DNA of 64,000 bases, from positions 238,328,001 through 238,392,000 of the forward strand of contig OZ024740.1 in the NCBI GenBank assembly GCA_964016885.1, read 5' to 3'. This document shows, piece by piece, positions 24,290-38,036 of the stretch. The notes beneath the pieces were generated by a model, which made no database searches, was not told the DNA's origin, and saw only the letters and a program-made list of their open reading frames with translations. The translations under genes and the position numbers were made by a program. The DNA comes from Eledone cirrhosa (taxonomy: Eukaryota). Numbering within the stretch: position 1 is the first letter of the stretch; every line of letters begins with the position of its first letter.

Positions 24290-25890
24290 ATCCTCTCTAG
24301 TACTGGTGGCCCGAATAAAAGCACCCAGCCCATGCTGTAAAGTGGTGCTTGTGTTAGGAAGGGCATCCAACCAGTATATATACTACTGCCAAAAACTATG
24401 AGCACAGTAGTGGGGTGGCTGGTGTGGCCATGTGCGAGAACCCCCCCAACCATCATCAAGCAATCACACTACAGGAAAAGGAACAAGAATATGAAGACGT
24501 CGCATCTCAGAGCTGCAACACTTAATGTTGCCACTCTAACAGGTAGATATGGTGAGATAGTGGAGATGCTGGAGAGAAAGCATGTGGATGTGTGCTGCAT
24601 GCAAGAGGTGAGATGGAGAGGTGCCTCTGCGAGACTAATCGCAGGCAAACATCTTAGTTATGAGCTTTTCTGGGTGGGTAATGATGATGGGTTAGGGGGA
24701 GTAGGCATTTTCCTGGCTGAGAGATGGATCGATAAGACAATAGAGATAGTTAGAGTTAGTAATAAAATAATTAAGCTTCAATTAGTTGTAGGCAGGAGAC
24801 TACTGCCAATCATCTCTGCCTATACTCCCCAGGCAGGCCTAGGTAAGGAAGAGAAAGACTGCTTTTACGAGCAACTTTTACAAACAGCCAAATGACAGAG
24901 GACGGAGACATCATTATGTAGGCAGGGGATTTCAATGGCCATGTTGGACAGTTCCAGGATGGTTACACTGGGGTACATGGTGGGCACGATTACGGCTCAA
25001 GAAATGAAGAAGGAGTGAGACTTCTTGAATTTTGTGATGCAAGTGCACTGACTATTTGCAACACTAACTTGCAGAAACCTGCCAACCACCTAATAACCTA
25101 CAAATAAGGTGAGCACATAAGCCAGATTGACTTTTTGCTAGTTAGGCAGCAAGACAAACAGGTGGTGTCAAATACCAAGGCATACCCCAAAGAATATAGT
25201 GATCAATATAGCATAATGGTAGGGGTTCACCAGGGCACCGTTCTTAGCCCCTCCTGTTTATTATAGTCCTATAGGCTATAACAGAGGGGTTTAAGACTGG
25301 CTGCTTATGGGAACTTCTATATGATGATCTAACTCTCATAGCTGAATCTATGGCTGAACTAGAGAGGAAGTTCCAAACATGGAAGCATGGCCTTGAAACA
25401 AAAAGCCTTAGAGTCAACTTGTGCAGGGCAATGAAAATTGATGGAAGCTGCGGTAGACCAAGGAAAACCTGGGATGAGGAGATAAAAACTGACCTTGCCC
25501 ACCTACACCTCCCTAAGACAATGACACTGGATCGAGACATTTGGCGCTATGCAGTTGTACAGAAGACCCGACTACCATTGCATACAAACCTAGTCAGTAG
25601 GCACCTCTTAACTCAATGTACACCCCACTGCCACATCCTAACCCATCCTCCCTCTCCCGTTCTGTCCCCTGTATCGATGACACAACAGTCCACAGTGTAA
25701 GGTGGCTGTGTAGGAGAGATGGTGAAAAGGCTCCCAGTCCACACTGTAGATGTGGTTGGTGTTAGGAAGGGCATCCAGCTGCCAGAGACGCTTCTGTGAG
25801 AGCGAAACATGGTCTCCCGACCATTCCCGCATCAAATGGAACAAAACCGTCTAAACCATGCTAGCGTGGAAGATGGACGTTAAACGATGA
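24290..25890 (+). mobile_element. RTE LINE with intact 5' region and two large internal deletions
   Basis: APE N-terminus ATLNVATL...VDVCCMQEVRW (24398-24895); jumps at about 25190 into RT and at about 25420 into the C-terminus; 3' UTR present. Confidence 0.85.
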
Positions 25891-26348
25891 GAACAATTAC
25901 ATGCAAAGACAGCGTATTATCTTCGCTTTTTTTCCGTTCATTGCCAGGGAACGTCTCCATGAACCACCTAAATAGAATATTAGCCTACGACTTCATTTAT
26001 ATCATAAACGTAGTTTTATCTTTGCATGTAATTGTTCTCATCGCTCCACATAATTATGTATTATCTTTGCTTTTTTTCCGTTTATTGCCAGGGAACATCT
26101 CCACGAACCAAAGTATCGTCTTCCTGTTTTCCTTCGGTTGCAACGTTTTTCGAAATATTTAATTCTGTGTTCACAGATTGATTTTTTAGTTTCAGAAGAT
26201 GCCGTTAAGGGTGAAAGCAGCGATTCTTTGCTTAAACTTTAATCTGTTATTTTAATAAATATTTTCTCTACGGTTCTTATATATTTGATATATATTTATC
26301 CTTATCGAGCCCTCTTTGGATTTTAGTCTTCAAATTTATTATTATTAC

Positions 26349-26386
<38 letters not shown>

Positions 26387-26454
26387 TATATATCGGTGCC
26401 CCAGCATGGCCTCAGCCGGATGGCTGAAACAGGTAAAAGAGTAAAAGAGTAATA

Positions 26455-26893
26455 TATCATCATCAACGTTTTACGTCCGTTCTTCCATGCTAGCATGGGT
26501 TAGACGGGTTGTCCTGTTGTGGCCAGTGTCCGGTCGGCTGACCTTGTCTTGCTCATACGAGAACTGATTCAGGCTTGATTTCTACAGCTGGATGCCCTTC
26601 CGAACACCAACCTAATTTACAGTGAGTGCTGGGTGCTTTTTTTTCCGTGGCACCTACACGTCCACTTTACAGTGAGTGCTGGGTGCTTTTTTGCTGTGGC
26701 ATCTCCACGACCACTTTGCAGTGGAATGATAGGGACCCCAGTCCTATCATCTCATTTCTACAGCTGAGTAAACTGGAGCAATGTGAAATAAAGTGTCTTG
26801 CTCAAGGAAACAACACATCACCCGGTCTGAGAATTGAACTCACAACCTTTCGATTGCAAGCCCAATGCTCTAACCACTAAGCCACCCGCCTTC
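26455..26893 (-). mobile_element. tRNA-derived SINE (family B): CORE-like centre plus RTE-derived tail
   Basis: A box TGGCTTAGTGG, B box GAGTTCAATTC, CCTTGAGCAAGACACTT...CAGTTTACTCAGCTGTAGAAATG, then a tail nearly identical to the RTE 3' UTR at 11675-11940. Confidence 0.8.
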
Positions 26894-26949
26894 ATATATA
26901 TATATTATATATATAATATATCATCATCATCATCATATATATATATATA

Positions 26950-27590
26950 TCTGAGGTCAGCTCTCACCACCTCTGCCCATGTTTTTCGTGGTTTTCCTCT
27001 ACTACGGCTTCCTTCAACTGGCATTTCTTGGCACTTCTTCACCCATCGGTCATCCCCCATGCGCATCCATACCATTGCAGTCTCCTCTCCTGTCACTACA
27101 ATTTATCCCTCTCAGATACAGTTTCTCTCTCAACACATCCATGCTTAGTCGTTCACGCACATTGACACTGCATATCCAACGGAGCATGCTTGCCTCATTT
27201 CTCTCCAGCCGTCGCATATCCTCTGCAGTTGCTGCCCATGTCTCACTACCATGCAGCATCGCACACCTCACACAGGCATCATATAACTGGCCTTTCGTAC
27301 TCAAGGAGAAACCCTTCTTCATCAGCAGAGGAAGCATCTCCCTAAACTTCTTCCAACCCGTCCTTATTCTAGATACTATGGCCTCAGAACACGCCCCCCC
27401 CCTCTCCCATGCTAATCTGATCACCTAGGTACCGGAAGCTATCAACCACTTCTATAGCACCCACCTGCATTTGAAAAATGTGTCTATCAATGTGACTTTT
27501 ACTGTCAATTTCCCTGTACATCTACTGCATACGTATTTCTCCCTACCTGTTAGTTTGCCTGATATCCCACTACATCTCTTGTGTACGATC
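26950..27590 (-). mobile_element. RTE LINE 3' coding fragment
   Basis: VHKRCSGISGKLTGREKYVCSRC, RIRTGWKKFREMLPLL, LHGSETW, KPRKTWAEVV. Confidence 0.85.
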
Positions 27591-27955
27591 TGTATTGTGT
27601 ACATTTTATAGAATTTATGCCAGTTCCTTTTCTGCATATCGAACATGGTCATTTCCCAGATGGAATCAGATGACGTAGAAAATACAATGCAACGGGAGGA
27701 AACAATAGCACCACTGACGATGTTGCAGATGTGCAACGAAAGAACTTTGATAAACTATATATATGTGTTTGTGTCTATATTGTATCTGTATTATTTTTGA
27801 CCGTTGGTCAGTCAATGGCAACATTGAGGACCAAATAAATTAGATTACCGATATAAAAGACACAGAAGCGAAAAGCGAAAACCAACCAAACCGTGAGTGT
27901 GTTCTGTTATTAATTCTGGCAATATTACACAGATATGACCCTCCCCAAGTATAAC

Positions 27956-28056
<101 letters not shown>

Positions 28057-28257
28057 AAATGAAAATCCGAAGGCAAGGTAAAAATTTCCAATCATTTTAA
28101 TCACAACACATGTTTCAATAAGGGATAGATGGAATTGGAGATATACTAAAGCGTGGAGAACTTAATATTGCTAACAAAAATTTATTGGACCGTTTTGCAC
28201 AACCAACAATACACCTTACTATATATATTTATATATATATATATATATACATATATA

Positions 28258-30071
28258 ACAAAGGAATTGTGGTAAGGAACCAGATGGACCATAATGCACC
28301 AGAGTACTCAATACTTAGGGTAGTAGAGTGGGAAATAGGAAAAAGTATGACCCCGACGGCAGAGCTCAAGCCGTTTCGACGGCTATTTCTGGACTAAATT
28401 AGAACTTTTAGCCTGGTGAATAAATAGCCAAACTTGTCAAGGGGGTACTTCCTTATATGGGAAGATTGTAGTTGTCAAGAGGATTGGTTAAAATTTGTTG
28501 TAAACACAAATAAGTCTATCATGGCATTTGGTGGGAGCTAGGGGTGGCTGAACTTGCCTGTAGAACAACAGGGGAGTGAGTGGAGTGGTCAAGCAAAGTG
28601 ATATGTATACAGCAGATTCTAAGGATAGTGTATGAAGTGGAGGAGGGAGGTTATAGAATAGGTAAATCGAATGAGAGTAGGAGACAATAAAAGATAATAG
28701 AAAGAAATATAAAAATATATAAAATTAGATAGTGAGAAATGAATAAAAAAAATCACAATGCTATCTTACAATTACAGGTTGTCTAGGTTATTTCCTCAAA
28801 CAACAAAAAAACTCAACCCCTATGGAAGAAATAACCTAGACATCAGTGGAGAGCCGACCAGGAGGTGTAACTGCCCTGATAGATCTACGTGCCCCCTCAA
28901 CAACAAATGCCGAGAACGTAACGTGATTTACCAGTGAAAGGTGAGGATGGACACCTCCAACAAAGCTTATATAAGATTAACCGCGTGTGGCTTCAAGACC
29001 TGGCTCTACCAACACCAACATACTTTCCGAAACCCGGTCCGGCGACATGCCACTACACTTTCAGGCCACATCTGGGACCTCCAAGATAATAATATAATCT
29101 ACAATCTCACTTGGAGATTACTGTCCAGAGCTAACTCTTACACGGGAGGACGCCGTCCGTGTAACTTATGCTTGGAGGAAACATTACAAATGCTGTTTTC
29201 GAAGGAGCAACTCCTAAACAAGAAAGACGAACTGGTAACCGCAAGCAAACACAGATTGCGTAGGACTTACCTTGCCCTCAAACCCCATAACGACCCGGGT
29301 GGGTAGACAAGGGCTGATACCCCCCACTTTCCGAATAAGTTAGGGGAAACCCCAGCTTACATAGGTAGATGTATCTCTTTTCATTTCCTCTTTGTCTTCT
29401 TCTTCCCCTGTCTCATCCTATCACTTCCTTCCTCGTCTACTTTTCCCCTTTCGCCTACCCCGATGCAGCCCATCAGGCCTCTGTAGCATCAGTTCCCCCA
29501 CCCCTGTAATTTTAAGATAGAATTGACCGAATACGTTTTACTAACTACTTATAGCAGATGTGTTAAACCCCTTTAATTTTGTATCACATTTGTTACTACT
29601 CAATTTCTACAAGTTTTTTCTATTCTCAACTTATTAATCTTAATTGTAAGATAGCATTGTGATTTTTTTAATTCATTTCTCACTATCTAATTTTATATAT
29701 ATTTTTTTATTTCTTTCTATTATCTTTTATTGTCTCCTACTCTCATTCGATTTACCTATTCTATAACCTCCCTCCTCCACTTCATACACTATCCTTAGAA
29801 TCTGCTGTATACATACCACTTTCAACGCTTGGCCGCTCCACTCACTCCCCTATTGTTCTACAGGCAAGTTCAGCCACCCCTAGCTCCCACCAAATGCCAT
29901 TTGTTTACAACAAATTTTAACCAATCCTCTTGACAACTACAATCTTCCCATATAAGGAAGTACCCCCTTGACAAGTTTGACTATTTATTCACCAGGCTAA
30001 AAATTCTAATTTAGTCCAGAAATAGCAGTCGAAACGGCTTGAGCTCCGCCGCCGGGGTCATACTTTTTCCT

Positions 30072-30073
<2 letters not shown>
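28258..30073 (+). mobile_element. Penelope-like element (Neptune-type GIY-YIG) 3' part with inverted terminal-repeat copy
   Basis: 28860-29306 encodes CNCPDRSTCPLNNKC...VIYQ*...AYIRLT...FKTWLYQH...LSGHIWDL...CNLCLEE...LLNKKDEL; arms 28335-28774 and 29641-30073 are inverted; (TA)n on both sides. Confidence 0.85.
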
Positions 30074-30134
<61 letters not shown>

Positions 30135-30140
<6 letters not shown>

Positions 30141-30464
30141 GACAGGGGGGAAGAAAAAATGGCTTCACTTGTGCTTTCAACAAATTTATTTTCTTCACAA
30201 AATCCAAAAAGAATTTTTCTTAAAAAAAATTATTTTATAAATTAAGTTGTTGGTTGTTGGTTAGGTCTTAGGAGTTCTTGGTTAACGTAGGAGGTATTGT
30301 TTCGTTTTTAGAAAGACCTTTCACGCTGAGGTGCGCTTGTCAAACTGGTTGAGTTTGACAAGCGCACCTTGTGAAGAAAATAAATTTGTTGAAAGCACAA
30401 GTGAAGCCATTTTTTCTTCCCCCTGTCTTAATATACCTAACTGTACCAAGGATTACACACATTT

Positions 30465-30470
<6 letters not shown>
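30135..30470. mobile_element. short (TA)n-embedded inverted fragment, Penelope-like
   Basis: Arms at about 30135-30200 and 30369-30433; inner hairpin AGGTGCGCTTGTCAAACT/AGTTTGACAAGCGCACCT. Confidence 0.55.
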
Positions 30471-30500
<30 letters not shown>

Positions 30501-30653
30501 CAGAAGGGATATTTAATTTGTTGGTAAATCAACAAATATAAATGTTTATAAGTGGAGTAAATAGTCAATGATATTAAATGATACTATCCAAGGAAAATTC
30601 AACTGATAAGGTATGTTCCTTGGCTATGTCAAAATTTATAAAACACACTTTGT

Positions 30654-30713
30654 ATTTTATCTGATGAAAGCATACCAAAGTTTTTGGTACCCTTGAAATA
30701 TATATAATAGAAT
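30654..30713 (+). ncRNA. type I hammerhead ribozyme
   Basis: ATTTTAT-CTGATGA-AAG..TACCAAAG TTTTTGGTA..CTT-GAAA-TATATA-TA-ATAGAAT: 7-bp stem I, palindromic stem III; AATAAA overlaps the 3' end. Confidence 0.65.
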
Positions 30714-30880
30714 AAATATGGTTTTATAAATATAGTTTCCATTTATTTAATATCATTGTATATATATATATATATCGGTGCACCCGGCCGATTAACCCAC
30801 TCGATATGCAAATTGGGCTACTCAGCCGTTAATATGCATAAGGTAAGTATATACGTTCAACAATCTGGCAGGAAGGTATA

Positions 30881-30921
30881 CGTTGCTGACGATAGCTAAT
30901 AAGCTCGAAACTAGTACAGCG
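30881..30921 (+). ncRNA. minimal type I hammerhead ribozyme
   Basis: CGTTG-CTGACGA-T AGCT aata AGCT C-GAAA-CTAG-TA-CAGCG; palindromic ACTAGT stem III; GUA triplet; U.C at the base of stem II. Confidence 0.75.
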
Positions 30922-31125
30922 TTCCTTTGTCAGTGTTAGACAAACGAGAAACGATGGTTGCTAGACACTACGGCTTAATACGGGATGTTTGTTTACAAAC
31001 ACACCGAGCATTATAATAAATGTTCGGTGAATCCATACGTACATAAATATATGTGTGCATGTATGTATATATATATACATACTACTGTACGTCTGTATAC
31101 ATATATGTATGTACGTGTACATACT

Positions 31126-31158
<33 letters not shown>

Positions 31159-31199
31159 AAATAATAATAATAAGAATATAAAACCAAATTAGTGCAGGG

Positions 31200-31506
31200 G
31201 GTTAAAAATCCACGCTTAAATGAATATGTTGTATACGTTCTACAGGGATTTCCCGAAACCTTACCGGAGAAAGAAGTGCCCGGTGTGGATTGTGATGTCA
31301 CTTCCGGGAAAATGAACTCGGGATGTTGTTAGCAGTCGTCTATAAAAACAGTAGTTTCACTTTAACACGATAAATTAGTTTCATTGTCTCTGCTGCCGTT
31401 AACTCTAATTTTCCAGTGTCACTTCTTTTCAAAACGCTTCACGCTGATAGAAACATTTTGTTCACATCAATTTTACAAGCTGATGCTACCGAATTTGTAA
31501 TTTAAG
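31200..31506 (+). promoter_or_regulatory. putative promoter and non-coding first exon of the C3orf18-like gene
   Basis: Non-repetitive and CpG-retaining; ETS/GABP-type CACTTCCGGG at 31299-31308; candidate donor AAG|GTACTT at 31506/31507. No transcript evidence is available. Confidence 0.45.
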
Positions 31507-32196
31507 GTACTTTCTTCATATTTAATTCATTCTGTTTGCAGATAACGTGTGGTAGCCTTTGCAGCACCTGTTGAATTGTGACAGCTTCTATAGAGACTAT
31601 CGTGAGAACATACACTCGCTAACTGTAAAATATGACAGTTTCTTATTATTGTAGAAATCTATATTTTAGTTTTGCTGAATTTCTTCCCGGACATATCACC
31701 TTATTAAAATGGTTCGATTTTTCCAGCATCTGCTAACGCTACTACATTAATGCCTTGCAGCTATTTTCCACTTAAATTTCTCGAGAAATATATAAAACGG
31801 TAACGACTCCCTACACTCGCTGAAAGAAAATTGTGTGTAGTATAATTTTTGTCTGTTCAAGGAAAACATATTGCTATTGCCCTTTATAATTATTAGCAAT
31901 AACAATTTTAGTGTCCATACTTCATATTAAATTCATTTGACGTAATATTGAAGGCGAATGATATTCCGTACATTCGCCTTCACAAATAAATCGAAACTCT
32001 TCGTCGTTAAAGTCCTTGTTTAATTGGAATTTTCGAAGTATTTTTATTTTTAGTGTGTATCCAAAGAATGAATGACTAAAATTTACTACGTTTTTTTTAA
32101 AATTTAAATATCGTTGTGTAATCCAACAAAATAACGTAGTTAAGGTAATCAGCTGCTTTATATATCAATAATATAATATACGCACATGCATTTATC

Positions 32197-32230
<34 letters not shown>

Positions 32231-33485
32231 GAACATTTAAAGATTTTATTGTTTGTATTTTTTTTTATGAATGAAACTATACACAAATAATTTATACAAT
32301 AATTAATTATAAATATTCCACATTAAGACGAAGGAAAATATATCATCATATTTCTTATAAAAATAGAATTTATGGAATCTTATTAATATATACAATCAAA
32401 GCGAAAGAGAAAAAAAAGCATCAATGCAACACTAATTGCGTCAATCGGTCACACCACAAGGGACATTGGAACATAAGCTATTTTCTCTCTCCCTCTCTCT
32501 CTAACGATTTGTTGATAAATTACATTCTACTCTCTAATGTTGCTAGTTATCTTGAGATGCTATATATAATGTTCATTACTGTCCTTGACGTGAAACCTGT
32601 CATTAAATCACGGATTAAAACTGCTTTACCTATAACTCCGTTACAGTAAGCTGTTAATGTTGTAGCTTTGTCAATTTTGACATAATTCAATGTTTTTCAG
32701 TCCCCCACTACTAATAACCCATAATGTCTTTTCTATCATCCTTTAAATTGAATATCTGATTTCGTTTTTCTCGTTGAAGCATTTTTCACGGCTTATAGAT
32801 GCTCACTTTTTGCTTTCTTATAATAGGTGCGGGGCGGGGTGCTTTACGTTTGCAGTTATCCGAACGAATACAGAGAATTATACCTACAAATTTGCGGTAT
32901 CACATGTCAATTTTGTTTATGGTCGACTGCATTACTCTGTAAAGTAATAAACAAAGGGGTTTAATATTTGAACTGTAGTGTGTACATACAAATCGAGAAC
33001 ACTGTATATATGTATACTATTCCGTTTCACCCACGTGCAGTAAGTAATATGTACTACTTCTGTATTCCTGAATAGTAAATATTTGTTTGGTATTGTCATT
33101 GAAGATTTAATGCACCACTTGGCACTACTGTATATCGCGGGTCACAATTTATTTTACTTTATTGAATATTTTTGTTCTTTAAAGCATAAGTAATTGGTTT
33201 CATCCATCATCAAATCTCTCTATTTCTCCCTCTAGTACCTTTACGCATATGTATTGGGCAAGGTATAAAGAGACTGGGAAATTCAAACTTGGGAGAAAAG
33301 CCTCATTTTTCTCTTGATTCTACATTAGTTAGAACCGTGTTTTGCGAGCTTTTTGTTGCCTATGATTCTTTGTGCTAAATATATTCTTTCAAAGATTTAC
33401 GTGTCGTTGAGACAAGAATTATACTCTAACAACGTATTTATAATTTAGTTATTCGTACGTTTACCTGTATACATACATCACATTA

Positions 33486-33645
33486 AGACCTGCCAACCTC
33501 TAAAAACCCAAACGGAGAGAAATGAAGCAAAATGGGGAGATTTTACATAATGAAAGCTATACCCTTTTTCACTAGAGAAGACATCTCTCACTTACCCTAA
33601 AGTGGGTGGAAGATCTCCGTCGGACGCGGCGAGTTGACAGGTCTG
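33486..33645. mobile_element. hAT-like MITE
   Basis: Short TIRs AGACCTGCCAAC / GTTGACAGGTCT. Confidence 0.45.
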
Positions 33646-34304
33646 TTTTAATTTAAGGGCCGAAAATAGTTACATGAGTGGGTGGGGTTCTTTCCGCTAT
33701 CCAACTCTCTTGGGAGTTTCTTACAATTGGCTAGAACATGGTTGTTAGTTTGCTTTGTTACTTTTTTTCTACGTCATAATGTTACGATACTCTTGTGTAG
33801 AATTTTTTTTTTAATACAAACAAGATGACAATATAGATAGCTTAAAATTACAAACCCAAATGCCATAGCTGTCAAAATTCAACATATACGGCAAATATAT
33901 CTCTACTTAATTACATAAATATTTCATAGGAAAATATAAAATCAAAACGAAAGAAAATATTAAGTCAACACTGTGTCAATCGGTCACATACCACAAGAAT
34001 TCTACTCATGTAAAACTTGACCTTTTGTTAATTTATTAATTGTACTCGATTGATAGAATCGTTAGCATCGGACAAAATGCTCTTTTCAGCTTCTTGAGTT
34101 CAAATTCTGGGTTTAATGAAATATGCCAGCTGGGTATTTTTTTTTTTTATGGTGATCAATGATCTTAATATAAAAAATAAATGATGTACATGAAATTACA
34201 TGATAGCAAAGTTCACAATTTTTTTTCCAAAACAAATATGCTGATAATATAGATGGGTTGAAATTATAGACACAAATGCCATAACTGTCAAAATTCACCA
34301 CATA

Positions 34305-34905
34305 TCATCATCATCATCACTGTTTTACGTCAGTGTCTCCACGCTAGCATGGGTTAGACAAGTTATCCTGGTGTGGGCAATGCCAGGTCAGGTGACCATG
34401 TCTTGTTCATACAGGACTGATTTAGGCTCGGTTTCTACAGCTGGATACCCTTCCTAACACCAACCTCATTTACAGTGAGTACTGGGTACTTTTTTACCAT
34501 GGCGCCTACACGTCCACTTTACAGTGGGGGGGGGGCATATTGTCTATATACTTCAGCTTCAGCTTGTACCCGTGGGAACTCGGGTCTTCTGTATTACTGC
34601 GTAACGCCAGAGGTCTCGGTCCTGTGTCATCGCCTTTGAGAGGTACAATTGGGCAAGGTCAGTTTTTATCACCTCATTCCAGGTCTTCTTGGGTCTCCCC
34701 ACACCAAGGCTTCCATCGACTTTTAGTGCTCTGCACCTTTTTATGCAACTGACATCCTTCATACGCATCACATGTCCATACCAATGCAACCTCCTCTACT
34801 GCACACATTTAATTCTTATGCTCTGTCTCTCTTAATTCATTTATGCTTTGCCGTTCGCGTATTACACATCCATCGGAGCATGCAAACTTCGTTTCTTTCT
34901 AATCT
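34305..34905 (-). mobile_element. RTE LINE 3' end
   Basis: HWYGHVMRMKDVSCIKRC...RPKKTWNEVIK followed by the 3' UTR and (GAT)n. Confidence 0.85.
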
Positions 34906-35199
34906 ACATTACTTAATTACATAAATATTTCATATGAAAATATAGAATTAAAACGAAGGAAAATATTGGGTCAATTTATGTAGATATAATGAACATAATG
35001 AATGGAATAACTTCTTTTTTTATATATTAGAGTAAAAACAATCTATATTTAATCGAAGAAGCTGGGTGGGAAATCCACACACTGTCATTCGACTTGTGTT
35101 TATAATTTTTTCACATACATAAAATACTAAAAAAAAAAATGGTAGGTGTTGATAATAAAAGAAAATGGATGGGGAGGGCGACTGCACACTTCATGGGGG

Positions 35200-35420
35200 A
35201 ACTGGAGTTTCACTCTAATAATGTTTTAGGCAAGCCAACACATAGACTTGCTGCAAAGATAAGACCCTGGAATAACCAAACCCCCTCATGGGTATCACCT
35301 GATATATCAGTTAGGCAAGCTACCTACAATGACAAGAACTCCATTGTCACTGGTCTAGTTCCCCCAAATGTTTTGAATGTGACAGGTAGAATGCATAAAA
35401 TGATATAGTTTGGAAGGCCT
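35200..35420 (-). mobile_element. old CRE-type fragment
   Basis: Minus strand LPVTFKTFGGTRPVTMEFLSL*...EGVWLFQ. Confidence 0.6.
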
Positions 35421-35554
35421 CTCTCCTTTTTTAACATGTTTACTGAAGAATCATGATGTAAATTTGATTAGAAAAAGAACACTGGAATATTGGAACAGTT
35501 TTTTATTTATATATTAAGATACTTCTCTAAAAAAAACTATATGGAATGATAATA

Positions 35555-36170
35555 GCTTTTTAACATAGGTACAAGACCAGTAATTTTGTGGAAGGGGGAA
35601 GTCAAAGTAACCACAGTACTTTATCGACCTTGGAAGGATGAAGAGCAAAGCCGACCTCAGTAGGATTTGCACTTGAAACATAAAAGAACATAGCTAAATG
35701 TTATAAAGCATTTTGTCTGGTGCTCTTTTAAATCTGTCAATCCACTGCTCTTAATAATAATGGCTTCTACTTTAGGCACAAGGCCAGCAATTACCCAGTG
35801 CATTACTGGTACTTTATTTTATCGACCCCGTAAGGATGAAAGGCAAAGTTAACCTCAGCGGGATTTGAACTCAGATCGTAAAGGGACGTAACTATGCTGG
35901 AAAGCATGGCGTCCGACCCTCTACCGATACTGCCAATCCACCGCCCTAATAATAATGGCTTCTAATTTTGGCACAAGGCTAGCAGTTTTGGGAGAGGGGT
36001 TAGTTGGCTATACCAACCCTAGTGCTTGACTAATACTTTATTTTATTGACCCCGAAAGGATGAAATACAAGTTAACCTCCAGGAGATTTGAACTCACTGT
36101 AAAGAGCCAGAACAAATACCACAAAGCATTTTGTCTGATGCTCTAACATTTCTGTCAATCAACTGCTCTT
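35555..36170 (-). mobile_element. three tandem family-A-related SINEs
   Basis: Best copy 35755-35947, flanked by older variants. Confidence 0.8.
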
Positions 36171-36764
36171 ATGGAATAATAACAAATGTGTGTTTTTTTT
36201 TTCTTTTATATATTATATCTTATTTCTCTTGTAAAAGAACTTCTAACATATTCAGGTAGCCCCAACATAGTTGCTGGATCTGCTAAAAATAATTGCCAAT
36301 TCTCCATCAAATTATTCCCTACCATCGTGAATTGATGATAGCTAATGTAGTCCTAGATGTAAGCCTAAAAAGATGGAATGGTCACAGTTGGTATTCTTTC
36401 ATTGTGGGTCTGCTCATTGAGAGTTGACCTGGAGCTCAACAACAACATACTCAAAATATGCACTCAAATTAAAAATAAAACTTTACCTCAATGCCTTACC
36501 ATCTCATTTATGCACGACTTAAACTCCACTTTTGGTCTCTTTTGGGAGTAAAATCCAAACTAAATTTGTAGTCATGAAATGTTGCATCAAAATTCTGGTC
36601 TTTAACCCTATCATTACCATATTTCTAATAAAAGTAAATGTTGATTATTTTCAAAATTGTTTTAAAATCATAAAGAATTTGCAGGGATTTTAGTAATATA
36701 ACTTTCTCATTAAGCTGGTCTTTGGAACATAACTTAAAAGTTCTTACATAAAAGTATGATGGAA

Positions 36765-36807
<43 letters not shown>

Positions 36808-38036
36808 GCTTTAAAATTTACAGCTTTGAACCATAGAACCAGGGGTAATTTCATGTGGTTTGATATAAAAAAAAAAAAAAAGGTTAAATATTAATCTAGG
36901 TGAGATTTGGTGTTCAGGTGTTAATGAGCAGATGAGATTCCTTTGCCACACTTCTATTGTATTTAGACAACATAATGCCAGTATTACCATGGTAATGATA
37001 TTTTGTGACTAATATTATTAGAAAGGTGGCAAATTAGTGGAGTCCTTTGAGCATCTGATTAAATGCTTTATTTTTTCCAGCTCTGTTCTGTTTAAATGCC
37101 ATCTTTTTAGTGTTGCACCGATTATTAGTGTAATTGTTAGTCAAGTGAGATGCTTTATCATACCTGGTTCAGCTCTGTGTTCTAACTTTAAATACTGTCT
37201 CCTCCTGCTTAGAGTTGTGACCAGTAGATAGTATCAGCTATGGAAAGACTAATGGAAACATTGTTTCCTTGGCCCGATCTGACAATTGGCTTTTTCTTTT
37301 TTTCCTATTGACATCTCTGACATTTTTCAGTCAACCAGATTACAATTGATGTACACCATTATTAAAATTGATCTTCTCCCACCAATGTTTTTAACATTTT
37401 CCAAATGTCTCTTGATTTAAATGTCAATGTTATTGATTTATCATCTGAAAATCCATGTGATAGTCAAAACATTTACTTACCACATTTATGGCAGATATTT
37501 GTTAGACAAATACTCAAGTTATTATCTTTGTCTAGTTATTTCTTTTTAAACTCATCCCTCTATTTACTGTAACTTGGAAATATCTAACAATGTCAAATAC
37601 AATACTGAAACATTAAACTAAAAATTTGTCAATGGCACATGTATGGATTAAGAAGTTTATTTCACATCCTTGTTCTAGGTTCAATCGCACTGTGAAGCTC
37701 TTGGGCAAAGTGTCTTCTCCCATGGCTCAAGGTTAACAAATAGAAATGTGTCTGCATGTTTATGTATAATTTAGTTTATATTTCAGACTTGTTTAAACTA
37801 CAAAAATTCATGTATGATCATAAGGCAATGGTGTTTGATTAAATAGATTAAACTACTATTTCCATTATTGTGCTGTTTCTCATATACTGTTCCCTATACA
37901 TAAGGTGTAGAAACCGGTACAGTTGAATTAACTTGAAAGACCATATTGGCTTCTTTATTCTCTTCGTTTGGTAGTGGTTGTAGGGGGCTTTTGTAAGTCA
38001 AACATTGATAGCATTTTACATTGTTTTACTGTTTAA

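Noticed and set aside
26190-26228. Hammerhead-like CAGAAGAT-GCC...GGT-GAAA in a probable Penelope-type fragment
   Set aside because: Core U4 is mutated and stems I and III cannot be formed convincingly; at best a decayed copy.
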